NCBI GenBank assembly: GCA_030667705.1
Contig: DAOUVJ010000003.1
Location: 1-59,682 of the forward strand
Source of the DNA: Promethearchaeota archaeon
Lineage (GTDB): Archaea; Asgardarchaeota; Lokiarchaeia; Sigyniarchaeales; SOKP01
DNA: 59,682 bases
Direction of reading: 5' to 3'
Both the position numbers and the translations under genes were made by a program. The notes under the pieces were generated by a model. It worked only from the letters and a program-made list of their open reading frames with translations. It had not been told where the DNA came from and ran no database searches. Shown in pieces: positions 9,496-18,965 of this stretch; position 1 is the first letter of the stretch; each line of letters opens with the position of its first letter.

Positions 9496-10554
9496 ATGAA
9501 AATCGGAATGAATTCTTTATCAAATTTGGCTCAGATTAGGAAAGATGTGAAGAGGAAAAGAATTTCTAGTTATGATAAAACGGGGGCAAATGCTGATTTC
9601 TTTACTTTCAAGGGTAATGAAATAAGGGAAATTTGTAACGTTGAAGGTGCTGGAATGATAAAGCATATCTGGATGACGATTGCCTCGGGAGATTTATATT
9701 ACTTGAGAAAAACTGTTATTAGAATGTGGTGGGATAACGAAGAGCACCCTTCAGTAGAATGCCCAATAGGAGACTTTTTTGGGGTGGGACACGCAAAAAC
9801 TGTAAATTTTTGGAGTCTTCCGCTTTCCATGGGACCAGAAGATGGAAAAGGATTTAATTGTTTTTTCCCAATGCCATTTTCAAAACGGGCTCGAATAGAA
9901 ATTGAAAATGAAAGTGATACCGCCTTGGTAGTTTATTTTTATATTGATTATGAAGAATATAGCGAGTTAGACTCTACTTATGGTAGATTTCACGTTTTTT
10001 GGAATCGTGTAAATCCTTGTGAAGGAAGTGATTATAGCAAAAAGAAGAAAGTGGAATTGTCTTTTAGAAAGAATCCAACGCATGAGAAAGATTATTTTGT
10101 CATGAACGCCGAAGGTGAAGGTCATTTTGTCGGATTTCATTTGGATATTCATAATTTATATGAAACTGAGAAGCACAATTGGCCTGGTGAAGGAGATGAT
10201 TATATGGAGATCGATGACGGTGAAATTACGCTTTACGGGACTGGTACTGAAGATTATTTTTGTACTTCGTGGTGTCCAACTCAATACTATTGTTCACCCT
10301 ACTTTGGAATTCCATTGCCGGGAGGTAAAAATTGGAGCGGTAAAATATCTTATTATAGGTATCACATAGAGGACCCAGTCTATTTTCACAAAAATATTAA
10401 AGTAAAGATAGAACACGGGCACGCAAACCAAAGATCTGATGATTGGTCCTCGACAGCTTATTGGTATCAAACAGAGCCTCATAAAAAGTTAAATGATTTA
10501 TTACCTGTTGAGCAAAGATTACCTAGAGAGGAGCCAAATGAAATAATTGAGTAA
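9496..10554 (+). CDS. DUF2961 protein (GH172-like glycoside hydrolase)
   Basis: PSVECPIGDFFG, FNCFFPMPF, WPGEGD, GTGTEDYF, YRYHIEDP, IEHGHAN. Confidence 0.85.
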   Translation: MKIGMNSLSNLAQIRKDVKRKRISSYDKTGANADFFTFKGNEIREICNVEGAGMIKHIWMTIASGDLYYLRKTVIRMWWDNEEHPSVECPIGDFFGVGHAKTVNFWSLPLSMGPEDGKGFNCFFPMPFSKRARIEIENESDTALVVYFYIDYEEYSELDSTYGRFHVFWNRVNPCEGSDYSKKKKVELSFRKNPTHEKDYFVMNAEGEGHFVGFHLDIHNLYETEKHNWPGEGDDYMEIDDGEITLYGTGTEDYFCTSWCPTQYYCSPYFGIPLPGGKNWSGKISYYRYHIEDPVYFHKNIKVKIEHGHANQRSDDWSSTAYWYQTEPHKKLNDLLPVEQRLPREEPNEIIE

Positions 10555-10692
10555 AGTTAAATGTAAATTCATATGTTATCTAACATAAAATTATTAAATT
10601 TAAAGGAATAATTTATGTCTTCTCCATGAGAATACATTTGATTTTATATCTGAAAAAATAAATAAAAAAAAAGTTATAGATGGTAAATGTTA

Positions 10693-12120
10693 TTATATCC
10701 CCATTTCTTTAATTTTTTCCTGATTTGCTTGTACTTTTTCTGGGGTCAACTTGTACCACTTCCAAAAGACAAGAGCACCTATGATAACAAAGATTGCAGG
10801 AATAAGTGCCTGATGAAAATGTATGCCCCAAATTGCCGATTCTGGTTGATTTAAACCCAAAGTCTCGTCAAAACCAGTGAGCTCATGAACTATTGCAAAT
10901 GTGAGAGCTTGAATTATAATTCCTACTCGACCGAAAAATTGTTGAAATCCAGTATAAACTCCTTCTTCGCGCTTCTTTGTTGTTACTATTGCGTTATCAA
11001 TTACATCTGCCGATACCGGGAAAATCATTATCCAAAAACCTCCCATAGCTATTCCCCATAAAAACATCTCAAAAACTATTAACAGATAAATTCTATAAAA
11101 TGTTATTGGTATTGTAAAAGCAGCTAGAAGTAAACCAGAAATCAACATTACTTTTTTATTATTTTTGACTTTCTTTGAGTAACGGGTCCAAAAGGGTGTG
11201 GAAATTAACACTCCAACAAGAAATGCAGCAAATATTAAAGTGGTGGCTGATTCGTCCATTTTCAGGGAATATTTAACCGTGTATAGGACGGAAGCTTGCA
11301 TCGTTTCTACTAAAGACTGATAAAGCAGATAAAATATCATGAATGCTATGAATGGCGTCTGCTTCAATGCTGTCCACAGGCTTTTGAAAAAAGGAGTTAT
11401 TTCTCGTTCTTCCGTTTGAGAAGCCAAATAAAGATCAATTGTAGCCTGATCTTCGCGTGAACCTGGTATGGCTAACGCGAAACCAATAAACGTAATAATA
11501 GCTACTATTAGACCTTGAACAGCAAAAGAAGGGTAGTTTGTGATTCCACCTGTTGTTGTGGTTTCAAAGATTAAAGGTGGTAAAATAGAGCCTAAAGCGA
11601 CACCTACAACGCCTATCATAATATAGATACCACTGGCAGTTCTACGCTCCTGAACTGATCGATATTTATCAACGAATAACGACTGAAAGTTAACAAATAA
11701 TATTGAGTGAAACGTATCAAACAAACACGTAGTAAAGAGAAGCCAAGCGAACAAAATCCAAGCACCTGACACGGCATCATAAGTTGGTGGCGTAAATATA
11801 AGTATATAAGTAAAACCCCAGGGCAGCCCACCAAGTAAAATCCAGGGGAATCTTCGCCCCCATTTTTTAGTAAACTTGAAGGTTTTGTTCGTTAAATATC
11901 CAATAAGTGGGTCGTTAAACATATTATAAATCGCAAAAATAAAATATGCTAAAAATATCAACCAGACATTTAGACCTAATTCAGACTCGTAAAAAAAGAA
12001 ACAATAAGTTGTAAATGCTATTCTAAGAAGTTCTCTTGAAAATGAGTTGAATCCATATGAAACCATGCCCATTTTGCTATGTTTAATAACTAATTCATCT
12101 TTTTCCATATTATTAACCAA
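10693..12120 (-). CDS. GPH/MelB-family sugar:cation symporter (MFS)
   Basis: FNDPLIGYL, KWGRRFPW, ADVID...RREG-like REEGVYTG and 12 TM segments. Confidence 0.88.
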   Translation of the reverse strand: MVNNMEKDELVIKHSKMGMVSYGFNSFSRELLRIAFTTYCFFFYESELGLNVWLIFLAYFIFAIYNMFNDPLIGYLTNKTFKFTKKWGRRFPWILLGGLPWGFTYILIFTPPTYDAVSGAWILFAWLLFTTCLFDTFHSILFVNFQSLFVDKYRSVQERRTASGIYIMIGVVGVALGSILPPLIFETTTTGGITNYPSFAVQGLIVAIITFIGFALAIPGSREDQATIDLYLASQTEEREITPFFKSLWTALKQTPFIAFMIFYLLYQSLVETMQASVLYTVKYSLKMDESATTLIFAAFLVGVLISTPFWTRYSKKVKNNKKVMLISGLLLAAFTIPITFYRIYLLIVFEMFLWGIAMGGFWIMIFPVSADVIDNAIVTTKKREEGVYTGFQQFFGRVGIIIQALTFAIVHELTGFDETLGLNQPESAIWGIHFHQALIPAIFVIIGALVFWKWYKLTPEKVQANQEKIKEMGI

Positions 12121-12301
12121 TTTTTATTTTTAAAATAAAATATTTAGTATTCTTAAATATTAGATACACCTCTTTTTATAGTTTTAAGTTTCCAATTAGA
12201 AAGTCCATTAACTTTGAGTAATTGAGATTAATTAATTTTAATTAGTCTAGGTCTTTAGTTAGATTGTATACTTATTAATCAAAAACAAGTGGAAAAAAAT
12301 C

Positions 12302-14008
12302 ATGAGTAGTCCTTCGTTTCTTTCTTTCGAACGTGTAAGAAATGCCATAATTGGGCGAAATTTTACATTTCGGACCCCATATGGAGTTCGTTTACTTACA
12401 TATGCCGATTATACAGCTTCTGGACGATCTTTAGAATTTATTGAACAATTTTTAATTAAGGTTCAACGAGAGTATGCTAACACGCATACAGAGGATGATA
12501 TTACGGGGCGTCACATGACCAGTCTCTTGCACCATGCTGAAGCTCTCATTAAAAAGGCTTTAAACGCTGAAGATAATTGTAGTGTAATATCAGTTGGAAC
12601 AGGGGCAACGGGAGCGATTTCAAAACTACAAGAAATTTTAGGAGTTAAGATCCATCCCGCCACAAAAAAATTGGCTTTAACACTAGTACCTGAGCTTGAT
12701 AACCTACTAACTCGTTTTAATGAGCGAAAACCCGTCGTGTTTATTGGTCCCTATGAACATCATTCAAACGATTTAATGTGGAGAGAAGCTTTAGTTGACG
12801 TAATAACAATACAGTTAACACATGAAGGATATTTTGACTTAGAAGATCTAGAATTGAAAGTCAGTAATCCTAAATTTAAAGATCGATTAAAAATAGGAAC
12901 ATTTTCAGCGGCATCGAATGTGACGGGTATTAAATCTCCAATTTATGAAATTGCACGGATCATGCATGAGTATAATGGTATTGCGTGTTTTGATTATGCT
13001 GCAAGTGCTCCTTATGTAAAAATTGATATGAATAAGGATGCTGAGTCCTATTTTGATGCAATCTATTTATCACCGCATAAATTTGTTGGTGGACCCGGGT
13101 CAAGTGGGATTTTAGTCTTTAACAATAACTTATATGACACCAATATAGCTCCAACTTGTCCCAGTGGTGGAACCGTTAAATTTGTTAGTCCAAAAGTAGC
13201 GGACTTTATAGATGATATTGAATCTCGTGAAAAAGCAGGCACGCCAGGTATATTACAAACAATTAAAGCTTTTTTAGCTATTGATTTAAAAGATGCTATC
13301 GGAATTTCAAAAATTGAAGAAAAAGAATTAGATTATATATCACGAGCCTTAAAAATACTCCAAAAAAATAAAAATATAGAAATATTAGGACCTATTGACC
13401 CACTCAATCGCATTTCGATCGTTTCCTTTAAGATCAAGCATAATGATAAGTACATCCATCCCAAATTAACCACTAATCTTCTCAATGACTTGTTTGGAAT
13501 TCAGAGTAGAGCAGGATGCATGTGTGCCGGTTCATATGGTCACATGCTTCTGAATCTTGAAGAAGAAGTAACCATAAAGATCCGTAAACTAATTAGTCAA
13601 AATATAAAGGGAATTAACCCGGGTTGGTGTAGAGTGAACTTCCATTATTTACATTCAGAATTAGAATTCCAATTTATTTGCGATGCCATTGAGTTTATTG
13701 CTGACCATGGAAAAATATTTCTTTCTGAGTATAGGTTTAATTATCAAACTGGTGAATGGAATCATTGCAAATTCAATAATAAACAAGGAGAAACCATACC
13801 AATCATAAAAAATGTTCTTGAAATGGAGCTTCGGAATTGTTTTGAGGGACCATTGATTGATCGCGAGTTAAAATTCGCAAGTTACATGAAAGAGGCTAAA
13901 AATATTATTAGTTCTCTGAAAGAGCCATCTAATTATGGAAAGTTTAAAAATCCCGTGGCAGAAGCACTTAGATGGTTCAACTTTGTCCACATTGAAAATG
14001 AGATTTGA
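12302..14008 (+). CDS. Class V PLP enzyme, long cysteine desulfurase/selenocysteine lyase-like
   Basis: YADYTASGR, YANTHT, EHHSND, SNVTG, SPHKFVGGPG (PLP Lys), SRAGCMCAG (persulfide Cys). Confidence 0.85.
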   Translation: MSSPSFLSFERVRNAIIGRNFTFRTPYGVRLLTYADYTASGRSLEFIEQFLIKVQREYANTHTEDDITGRHMTSLLHHAEALIKKALNAEDNCSVISVGTGATGAISKLQEILGVKIHPATKKLALTLVPELDNLLTRFNERKPVVFIGPYEHHSNDLMWREALVDVITIQLTHEGYFDLEDLELKVSNPKFKDRLKIGTFSAASNVTGIKSPIYEIARIMHEYNGIACFDYAASAPYVKIDMNKDAESYFDAIYLSPHKFVGGPGSSGILVFNNNLYDTNIAPTCPSGGTVKFVSPKVADFIDDIESREKAGTPGILQTIKAFLAIDLKDAIGISKIEEKELDYISRALKILQKNKNIEILGPIDPLNRISIVSFKIKHNDKYIHPKLTTNLLNDLFGIQSRAGCMCAGSYGHMLLNLEEEVTIKIRKLISQNIKGINPGWCRVNFHYLHSELEFQFICDAIEFIADHGKIFLSEYRFNYQTGEWNHCKFNNKQGETIPIIKNVLEMELRNCFEGPLIDRELKFASYMKEAKNIISSLKEPSNYGKFKNPVAEALRWFNFVHIENEI

Positions 14009-14201
14009 ACTATTTGTATAGGAGCTCATTTCTAACTCAATTTTAAATATTTTAATAAAAAAAGTAATTGATCTTTTCGGTTTCCTTATCTGTGCCATAA
14101 GATTATCACTTATGAATTTGAAAATACTTAAAAAATAAAATAGAAATATCAAATATGATTCTAAATTACTATTGATAATTATATTTTGGAGAATATAATA
14201 A

Positions 14202-15365
14202 ATGAATTCTAGAGAAAGAGTGAATGTGGCTCTCAACCATATGGAACCGGATAAAATTCCAATTGATTTTGGAGGAAATCAATCAAGTATTCATCTTAAA
14301 GCATACAAGAATTTATTAGAATATTTAGAAATAGAAGATAAAAACATTAAATTTGCAGATTTTGTACAACAAATTGCAGATCCATGTGAAACTATTTTGG
14401 AACGATTTAAAATCGATATTCGGTATATCCGTCCGATAGGTGGGATGATAAAGATCAATGAGATAGAACCTCAGTATGAGGGAAAATTCGTGGGTGTGTA
14501 TGATCAATTTGGAGTTTTCTGGGGGAATAATGCAGAAAAAGAAATTGATAATATTCTGTATTATGATCCAGTTATTCATCCTTTAGCTGACTTTAAATCA
14601 GTCCAAGAAATCAATAATTTTGATTGGCCGGATGGTAAAGATAAATCCCCTTTCAATGGTTTGCGTGAGAAAGCGAAGCATCTTTTTGAGACAACCAAGT
14701 ATGCTTTATCAGCACATCCTTCTGGATGTATTTATGAATATACGACCTTTCTTTTTGGATTTACTAAAGTTTTAAGATACCTTAGGACTAAACCAGAATT
14801 AATAATTGCTGCGATGGAAAATTTAACGAAATATTGGATTGATTACAATACAACATTTTTAGATGAAGTAGGAGAATATTTAGATGTCGTTTCCATTAAT
14901 GGAGATCTAGCTGAACAAGCTGGTCCTATAATGAATTTGAATATTTACACAAAAATGATCAAACCTTTCGAACTAAAGCTTTCACAAAAAGTACATGAGT
15001 TAGCTAGTGTAAAAATCAACTATCATTGTTGTGGCTCGATTCCCTTATTTATTCCTCATTTCGCAGAAATTGGATATGATGCGATAAATCCCGTTCAAAT
15101 CTCTGCATTTGATATGGAACCATGTTCTTTAAAAGAGCGTTTTGGGAAGAAAATCACATTTTGGGGAGGATTATGTAATAACCAAAAAACTCTACCATTT
15201 GGTACCCCAAAACAAATAAGAGAAGAAGTGAGGAAAAATTTTGATTGTTTGATGTCAGGTGGGGGGTATATTGCCTCAAGCATTCATAATATCACTGCGG
15301 AAGTCCCTCCTGAAAATATTGTAGCAATGTTCGATGCGGCAAATGAATTTAGATCTTATAAATAA
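14202..15365 (+). CDS. Uroporphyrinogen decarboxylase / MtaA-CmuA methyltransferase family
   Basis: MNSRERV..AL.H.EPDK.P, YHCCG, INPVQ, TFWGG, HNI..EVPPENIVAM. Confidence 0.85.
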   Translation: MNSRERVNVALNHMEPDKIPIDFGGNQSSIHLKAYKNLLEYLEIEDKNIKFADFVQQIADPCETILERFKIDIRYIRPIGGMIKINEIEPQYEGKFVGVYDQFGVFWGNNAEKEIDNILYYDPVIHPLADFKSVQEINNFDWPDGKDKSPFNGLREKAKHLFETTKYALSAHPSGCIYEYTTFLFGFTKVLRYLRTKPELIIAAMENLTKYWIDYNTTFLDEVGEYLDVVSINGDLAEQAGPIMNLNIYTKMIKPFELKLSQKVHELASVKINYHCCGSIPLFIPHFAEIGYDAINPVQISAFDMEPCSLKERFGKKITFWGGLCNNQKTLPFGTPKQIREEVRKNFDCLMSGGGYIASSIHNITAEVPPENIVAMFDAANEFRSYK

Positions 15366-15428
15366 GATCTTTTTAAATCAATACAATATTTTTCTACTTG
15401 TTTTTAATCTCTTCAAGATGTGTAGATA

Positions 15429-16295
15429 ATGAATTTCAGAATTTTCGATTGTCATCTTCATACCTATGGTACATTTCTAGGACGAAACAAGGATCTCATA
15501 ACTTATTTAGACGAGAATAATATAGAAAAAGCAGTTCTTACAACGATTAATCGAGCCGCTAAATCTAAAATATTCAATACAAATCCAGAGGAAAGAGAGA
15601 AAGATGGGCAAGAAAAAACAAATATCAATCAAGCTTTTGAAAATATGAGAAAATTAATGCCCAAATATCAATTGGATCATCAAGATGTTATAAGTATCTC
15701 AAATTTAGATCCTGAAAGATTTGTTAAGTTCTTTTGGTTCAATCCTAAATTTGATATGGATAAAGAAGATAAAAACTATAGAATATTAGAAGATCATTTT
15801 AAAAAAGGATTTTGTGGAGTTAAAATCCATTCGGGGATTAATCTCATTAAAATTCCTAGAGATATTAAAAAATTAGTTTCTTTCATGCAAGATTTTGATA
15901 AGCGTTTCCCTCTCTTCATTCATTCAACTCCAAAAACGTCCTATTTCGGAGGGGTTAGCTGCAAAGACATTGTAAATTTAGCAAGCAATAATCCAGAACT
16001 AACTATTATTATAGGTCATGCCGCTTTAGCGATGGAATACGCAATTGATCTCGGCTTGGCTTTAAAGAAATTTAAAAATGTTTTTTTTGAAACATCTTGT
16101 TCCATCCCATATGGTATTTTAAGTTTGATAAAAACTATAGGACCTGAAAGAATAATTTTTGGCTCTGATGCACCAGTGACTAATCCACTATCATTAGAAA
16201 TTGATAAGATTACTTGCTTACCCGTATCAAATGATATCAAGCAAGATATTTTTTATAATAACGCAAAAAAGTTATTTAACCGGTTTAACTGTTGA
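15429..16295 (+). CDS. Amidohydrolase family 2 metal-dependent hydrolase
   Basis: DCHLH, GVKIH, FIHS, IIGH, IIFGSDAP. Confidence 0.85.
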   Translation: MNFRIFDCHLHTYGTFLGRNKDLITYLDENNIEKAVLTTINRAAKSKIFNTNPEEREKDGQEKTNINQAFENMRKLMPKYQLDHQDVISISNLDPERFVKFFWFNPKFDMDKEDKNYRILEDHFKKGFCGVKIHSGINLIKIPRDIKKLVSFMQDFDKRFPLFIHSTPKTSYFGGVSCKDIVNLASNNPELTIIIGHAALAMEYAIDLGLALKKFKNVFFETSCSIPYGILSLIKTIGPERIIFGSDAPVTNPLSLEIDKITCLPVSNDIKQDIFYNNAKKLFNRFNC

Positions 16296-16530
16296 GATTG
16301 AATCACAAATCATATAGCTCTATATATATTTAACCAATTAGTTTATCTCACTTTAAATTTTATTTTTAATTCTATAATATGCTATTCATTAATCTTAAAA
16401 TTGCATGATTGAATTAACATGTAAATGTCACCAAAATCCGACAATTATTTTTGATTTAATAATAACTTAAATAAAAGAGATCGTGCAAATATAATTAAGA
16501 ATTAATTTATTAAAATTAAAAGATGATAAC

Positions 16531-17079
16531 GTGAATTATTTAGGGGATAATAACAATTACGATGACGATGGATATTGGGACATCATTGAGGTATCAAAAG
16601 TCGACGACAAAATTATTAAGAGCCTATTAAATCATTTAAAAGATAATATCTCAGAAAATTTTTTCATTTCTTTTGAAAGTTTATTAAAAATAGCACGAAG
16701 AATCCCAGAATTAGAAATAAATAACATTATTAACGAATTAGATGAATCAGACTTGTTTAAACGAGATATTTTCAAATTTATCCTTAGTTACATCAAGGAA
16801 GAAAAAATTGAATATCATTTATTACCTCAATTATTCAATCCTGATTTCATAATACGTGCGAATATTATAATGAAAATTAAAGAGTATGACGATAAGAAAT
16901 ATATTAAATTTCTAATCCCCTTACTTGATGATCCAGATGATTCAGTACGCTGGAGCGTCATTAATTACTTAAGCATGCATAAAGATGACGAAATAATTTA
17001 CAAGAATCTTAAAAACCACATGAATTATGAATTAAATCCGATAATTCTTGAAAATTTAATTAGCCTTTTTGAAGAATAA
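16531..17079 (+). CDS. HEAT-repeat protein
   Basis: GTG start. QLFNPDFIIRANII and PLLDDPDDSVRWSVINYL are HEAT/PBS-like repeats. Confidence 0.72.
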   Translation: MNYLGDNNNYDDDGYWDIIEVSKVDDKIIKSLLNHLKDNISENFFISFESLLKIARRIPELEINNIINELDESDLFKRDIFKFILSYIKEEKIEYHLLPQLFNPDFIIRANIIMKIKEYDDKKYIKFLIPLLDDPDDSVRWSVINYLSMHKDDEIIYKNLKNHMNYELNPIILENLISLFEE

Positions 17080-17166
17080 AAGATTATTTTCAATCTTCTT
17101 TATAAAACTTACACAGGAAGTATTATATTTCCTAAATATGTCGAAGTTTGTGAACTGACCTGTTAT

Positions 17167-17280
17167 ATGGTCGAAATTCCTTTTAATAACCTCTGGGGTG
17201 GATTGATTAACGGTGCTGTTTATGGTGTATTAGGATCGATGGGATATTTAGGTATTCGTTCGATATGGAGAAAGAAATGA
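17167..17280 (+). CDS. Unannotated 37-aa single-pass membrane microprotein with glycine zipper
   Basis: ATG at 17167 to TGA at 17278-80 gives MVEIPFNNLWGGLINGAVYGVLGSMGYLGIRSIWRKK. It has GxxxGxxxG spacing and a basic tail, and is G-richer than the flanking intergenic DNA. It is too short for the supplied ORF track. Confidence 0.55.
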   Translation: MVEIPFNNLWGGLINGAVYGVLGSMGYLGIRSIWRKK

Positions 17281-17415
17281 AAAAATTAAATGTCGATAAA
17301 TTATCTATTTTTTAGTAAGAAAAGAAAACAATTAAAAAAGAAATCTTAGATTAATAACATGTATATCATGTTAAAGTGACTTTCAAGTCATATTTCTGAT
17401 ATTTCAGTCGAGGTA

Positions 17416-17423
17416 TTTATAAA
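17416..17423 (+). promoter_or_regulatory. TATA-box-like element upstream of the small GTPase
   Basis: TTTATAAA ends 20 nt before the GTG at 17444. Confidence 0.35.
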
Positions 17424-17443
17424 TTTTTAATGGGTGTTCAATT

Positions 17444-17971
17444 GTGTCTAATTATGATTTTACATTTAAGGTTCTTTTGTTAGGGGATGCTAGCGTCGGT
17501 AAGACCAGTTTTACCAAGAGATACTGCTATAATATCTTCAATCCTTCTGAAAGGTTGACAATCGGGGTAGATTTTCATGTAAAAACAATTGATTTACACG
17601 GAAGGAAAATAAAACTCCAAATCTGGGATATTGGAGGTGAAGAACGATTTAGGTTCCTACTTCCAACATATTGTCTCGGAGCAAATGCTGCTTTTTTGTT
17701 ATATGACATTACTCGCCCACAAACTCTAGATAATATAAGCGAATGGACAAATATTGTCCGTCAAAAGGGAGGACCCGTTCCAATCATGTTAATTGGCTCG
17801 AAAATAGATCTTGAACCGTCTCAAAGAAACATACCTCGAGAATATGGAATTCAAATTGCTGAAAAACACAGCATGAATTCCTTTGGTGAAATTTCCAGTA
17901 AAACGGGACAAAATGTAACAAAAACTTTTGAAGTTCTCACTGAACTTACATTAGAAATGATGGAAAAATAG
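17444..17971 (+). CDS. Rab-like small GTPase (eukaryotic signature protein)
   Basis: G1 GDASVGKT, TIGVDF, KLQIWDIGGEERF, YCLGA, LLYDIT, G4 SKID, G5 SSKT. Confidence 0.95.
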   Translation: MSNYDFTFKVLLLGDASVGKTSFTKRYCYNIFNPSERLTIGVDFHVKTIDLHGRKIKLQIWDIGGEERFRFLLPTYCLGANAAFLLYDITRPQTLDNISEWTNIVRQKGGPVPIMLIGSKIDLEPSQRNIPREYGIQIAEKHSMNSFGEISSKTGQNVTKTFEVLTELTLEMMEK

Positions 17972-17981
17972 GTGTGTATAA

Positions 17982-18941
17982 ATGGAAGAAAGTGAATTTT
18001 TAGCTATCAGTTCTTTGTTTGACACAATTGGTGTCATCGAAAAAGGGATTGAAAGAATCTATCATTATCTTCTAAAAAACAAACGTATAGATAACCTGAA
18101 AGAAGTATCATCTAATTTTGGATTAACGTTAAAAAGAGGTTATAAAGTTTGTTCAATGTTAAATGAATTAGAGTTAGTTCAAATTTACGATCGTCCAATG
18201 AAAATCCACCTCTCTACACCTGTGCTTCCTCTGTGGCAAAAAATAGTAAATAATAGGATTGAGGAATTATCTCATCAATTTCAAGAAAAAAAGGAGAGAG
18301 CGGAATTTGCTTTAGAAGAATTTCTTAAATCATATAATATAAGGGAGGATTCAACCCAGGAGTTCGTTGAATTTGTCAATTATGACCTCAATAATTTTGC
18401 TGAAACATATTCTGCTTTTTTAGCAGAAAAATCATGTCAAATTGCACTAGGTATAAGATATGATAATGACTTGATATCTTTAGTTAAACAGAAAGGCATT
18501 GAAGGCATCCCGATAGAAATTAACTCATCCATTCGTAATGGAATACTAAAAATCAAGGAAAATCTTAAATCTTTAGATATGCGCGTTATATTCAATGCGG
18601 AAATAGTTAAAGATCTATTATTGAGTAAAGAATTTGAAACTTTATCAAAATATTTTGAACAATTTGATTTAATATTCAAAAATATAGATATTCATGTTAC
18701 TCCTGATGATTTCAGCAATTTCATGCTTACTGACAGGGAACTGATTCAACCTAGTTTCGATCCCTCTAATAAATTGATTGGTTCTTATCTCTCAAGGAAT
18801 AGTACGATATATAAGATATTTGATGATAAATTTAATGAGCTATTTGAAAATGGAATAAAAATAAAACAATTCTTGAAGGAACAAGATATCAAAATCAGAG
18901 ATCTGAATCAGGCTCAACTCTTTGTATTGTGTATTCTATGA
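17982..18941 (+). CDS. TrmB-like transcriptional regulator (N-terminal winged HTH, coiled coil, C-terminal effector domain)
   Basis: RIYHYLL...LKEVSSNFGLTLKRGYKVCSMLNELELV...RPMKI follows the TrmB wHTH pattern and precedes a helical coiled region. It starts 10 nt after the GTPase stop. Confidence 0.6.
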   Translation: MEESEFLAISSLFDTIGVIEKGIERIYHYLLKNKRIDNLKEVSSNFGLTLKRGYKVCSMLNELELVQIYDRPMKIHLSTPVLPLWQKIVNNRIEELSHQFQEKKERAEFALEEFLKSYNIREDSTQEFVEFVNYDLNNFAETYSAFLAEKSCQIALGIRYDNDLISLVKQKGIEGIPIEINSSIRNGILKIKENLKSLDMRVIFNAEIVKDLLLSKEFETLSKYFEQFDLIFKNIDIHVTPDDFSNFMLTDRELIQPSFDPSNKLIGSYLSRNSTIYKIFDDKFNELFENGIKIKQFLKEQDIKIRDLNQAQLFVLCIL

Positions 18942-18965
18942 AAAAAAAAAGAGAATTGTGAAATT

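Noticed and set aside
16420-17415. Scattered TGTCGA/GTCGA words around the HEAT-GTPase locus as regulator sites
   Set aside because: They are short and inconsistently spaced, and one falls inside the microprotein ORF. I cannot distinguish them from chance by eye.
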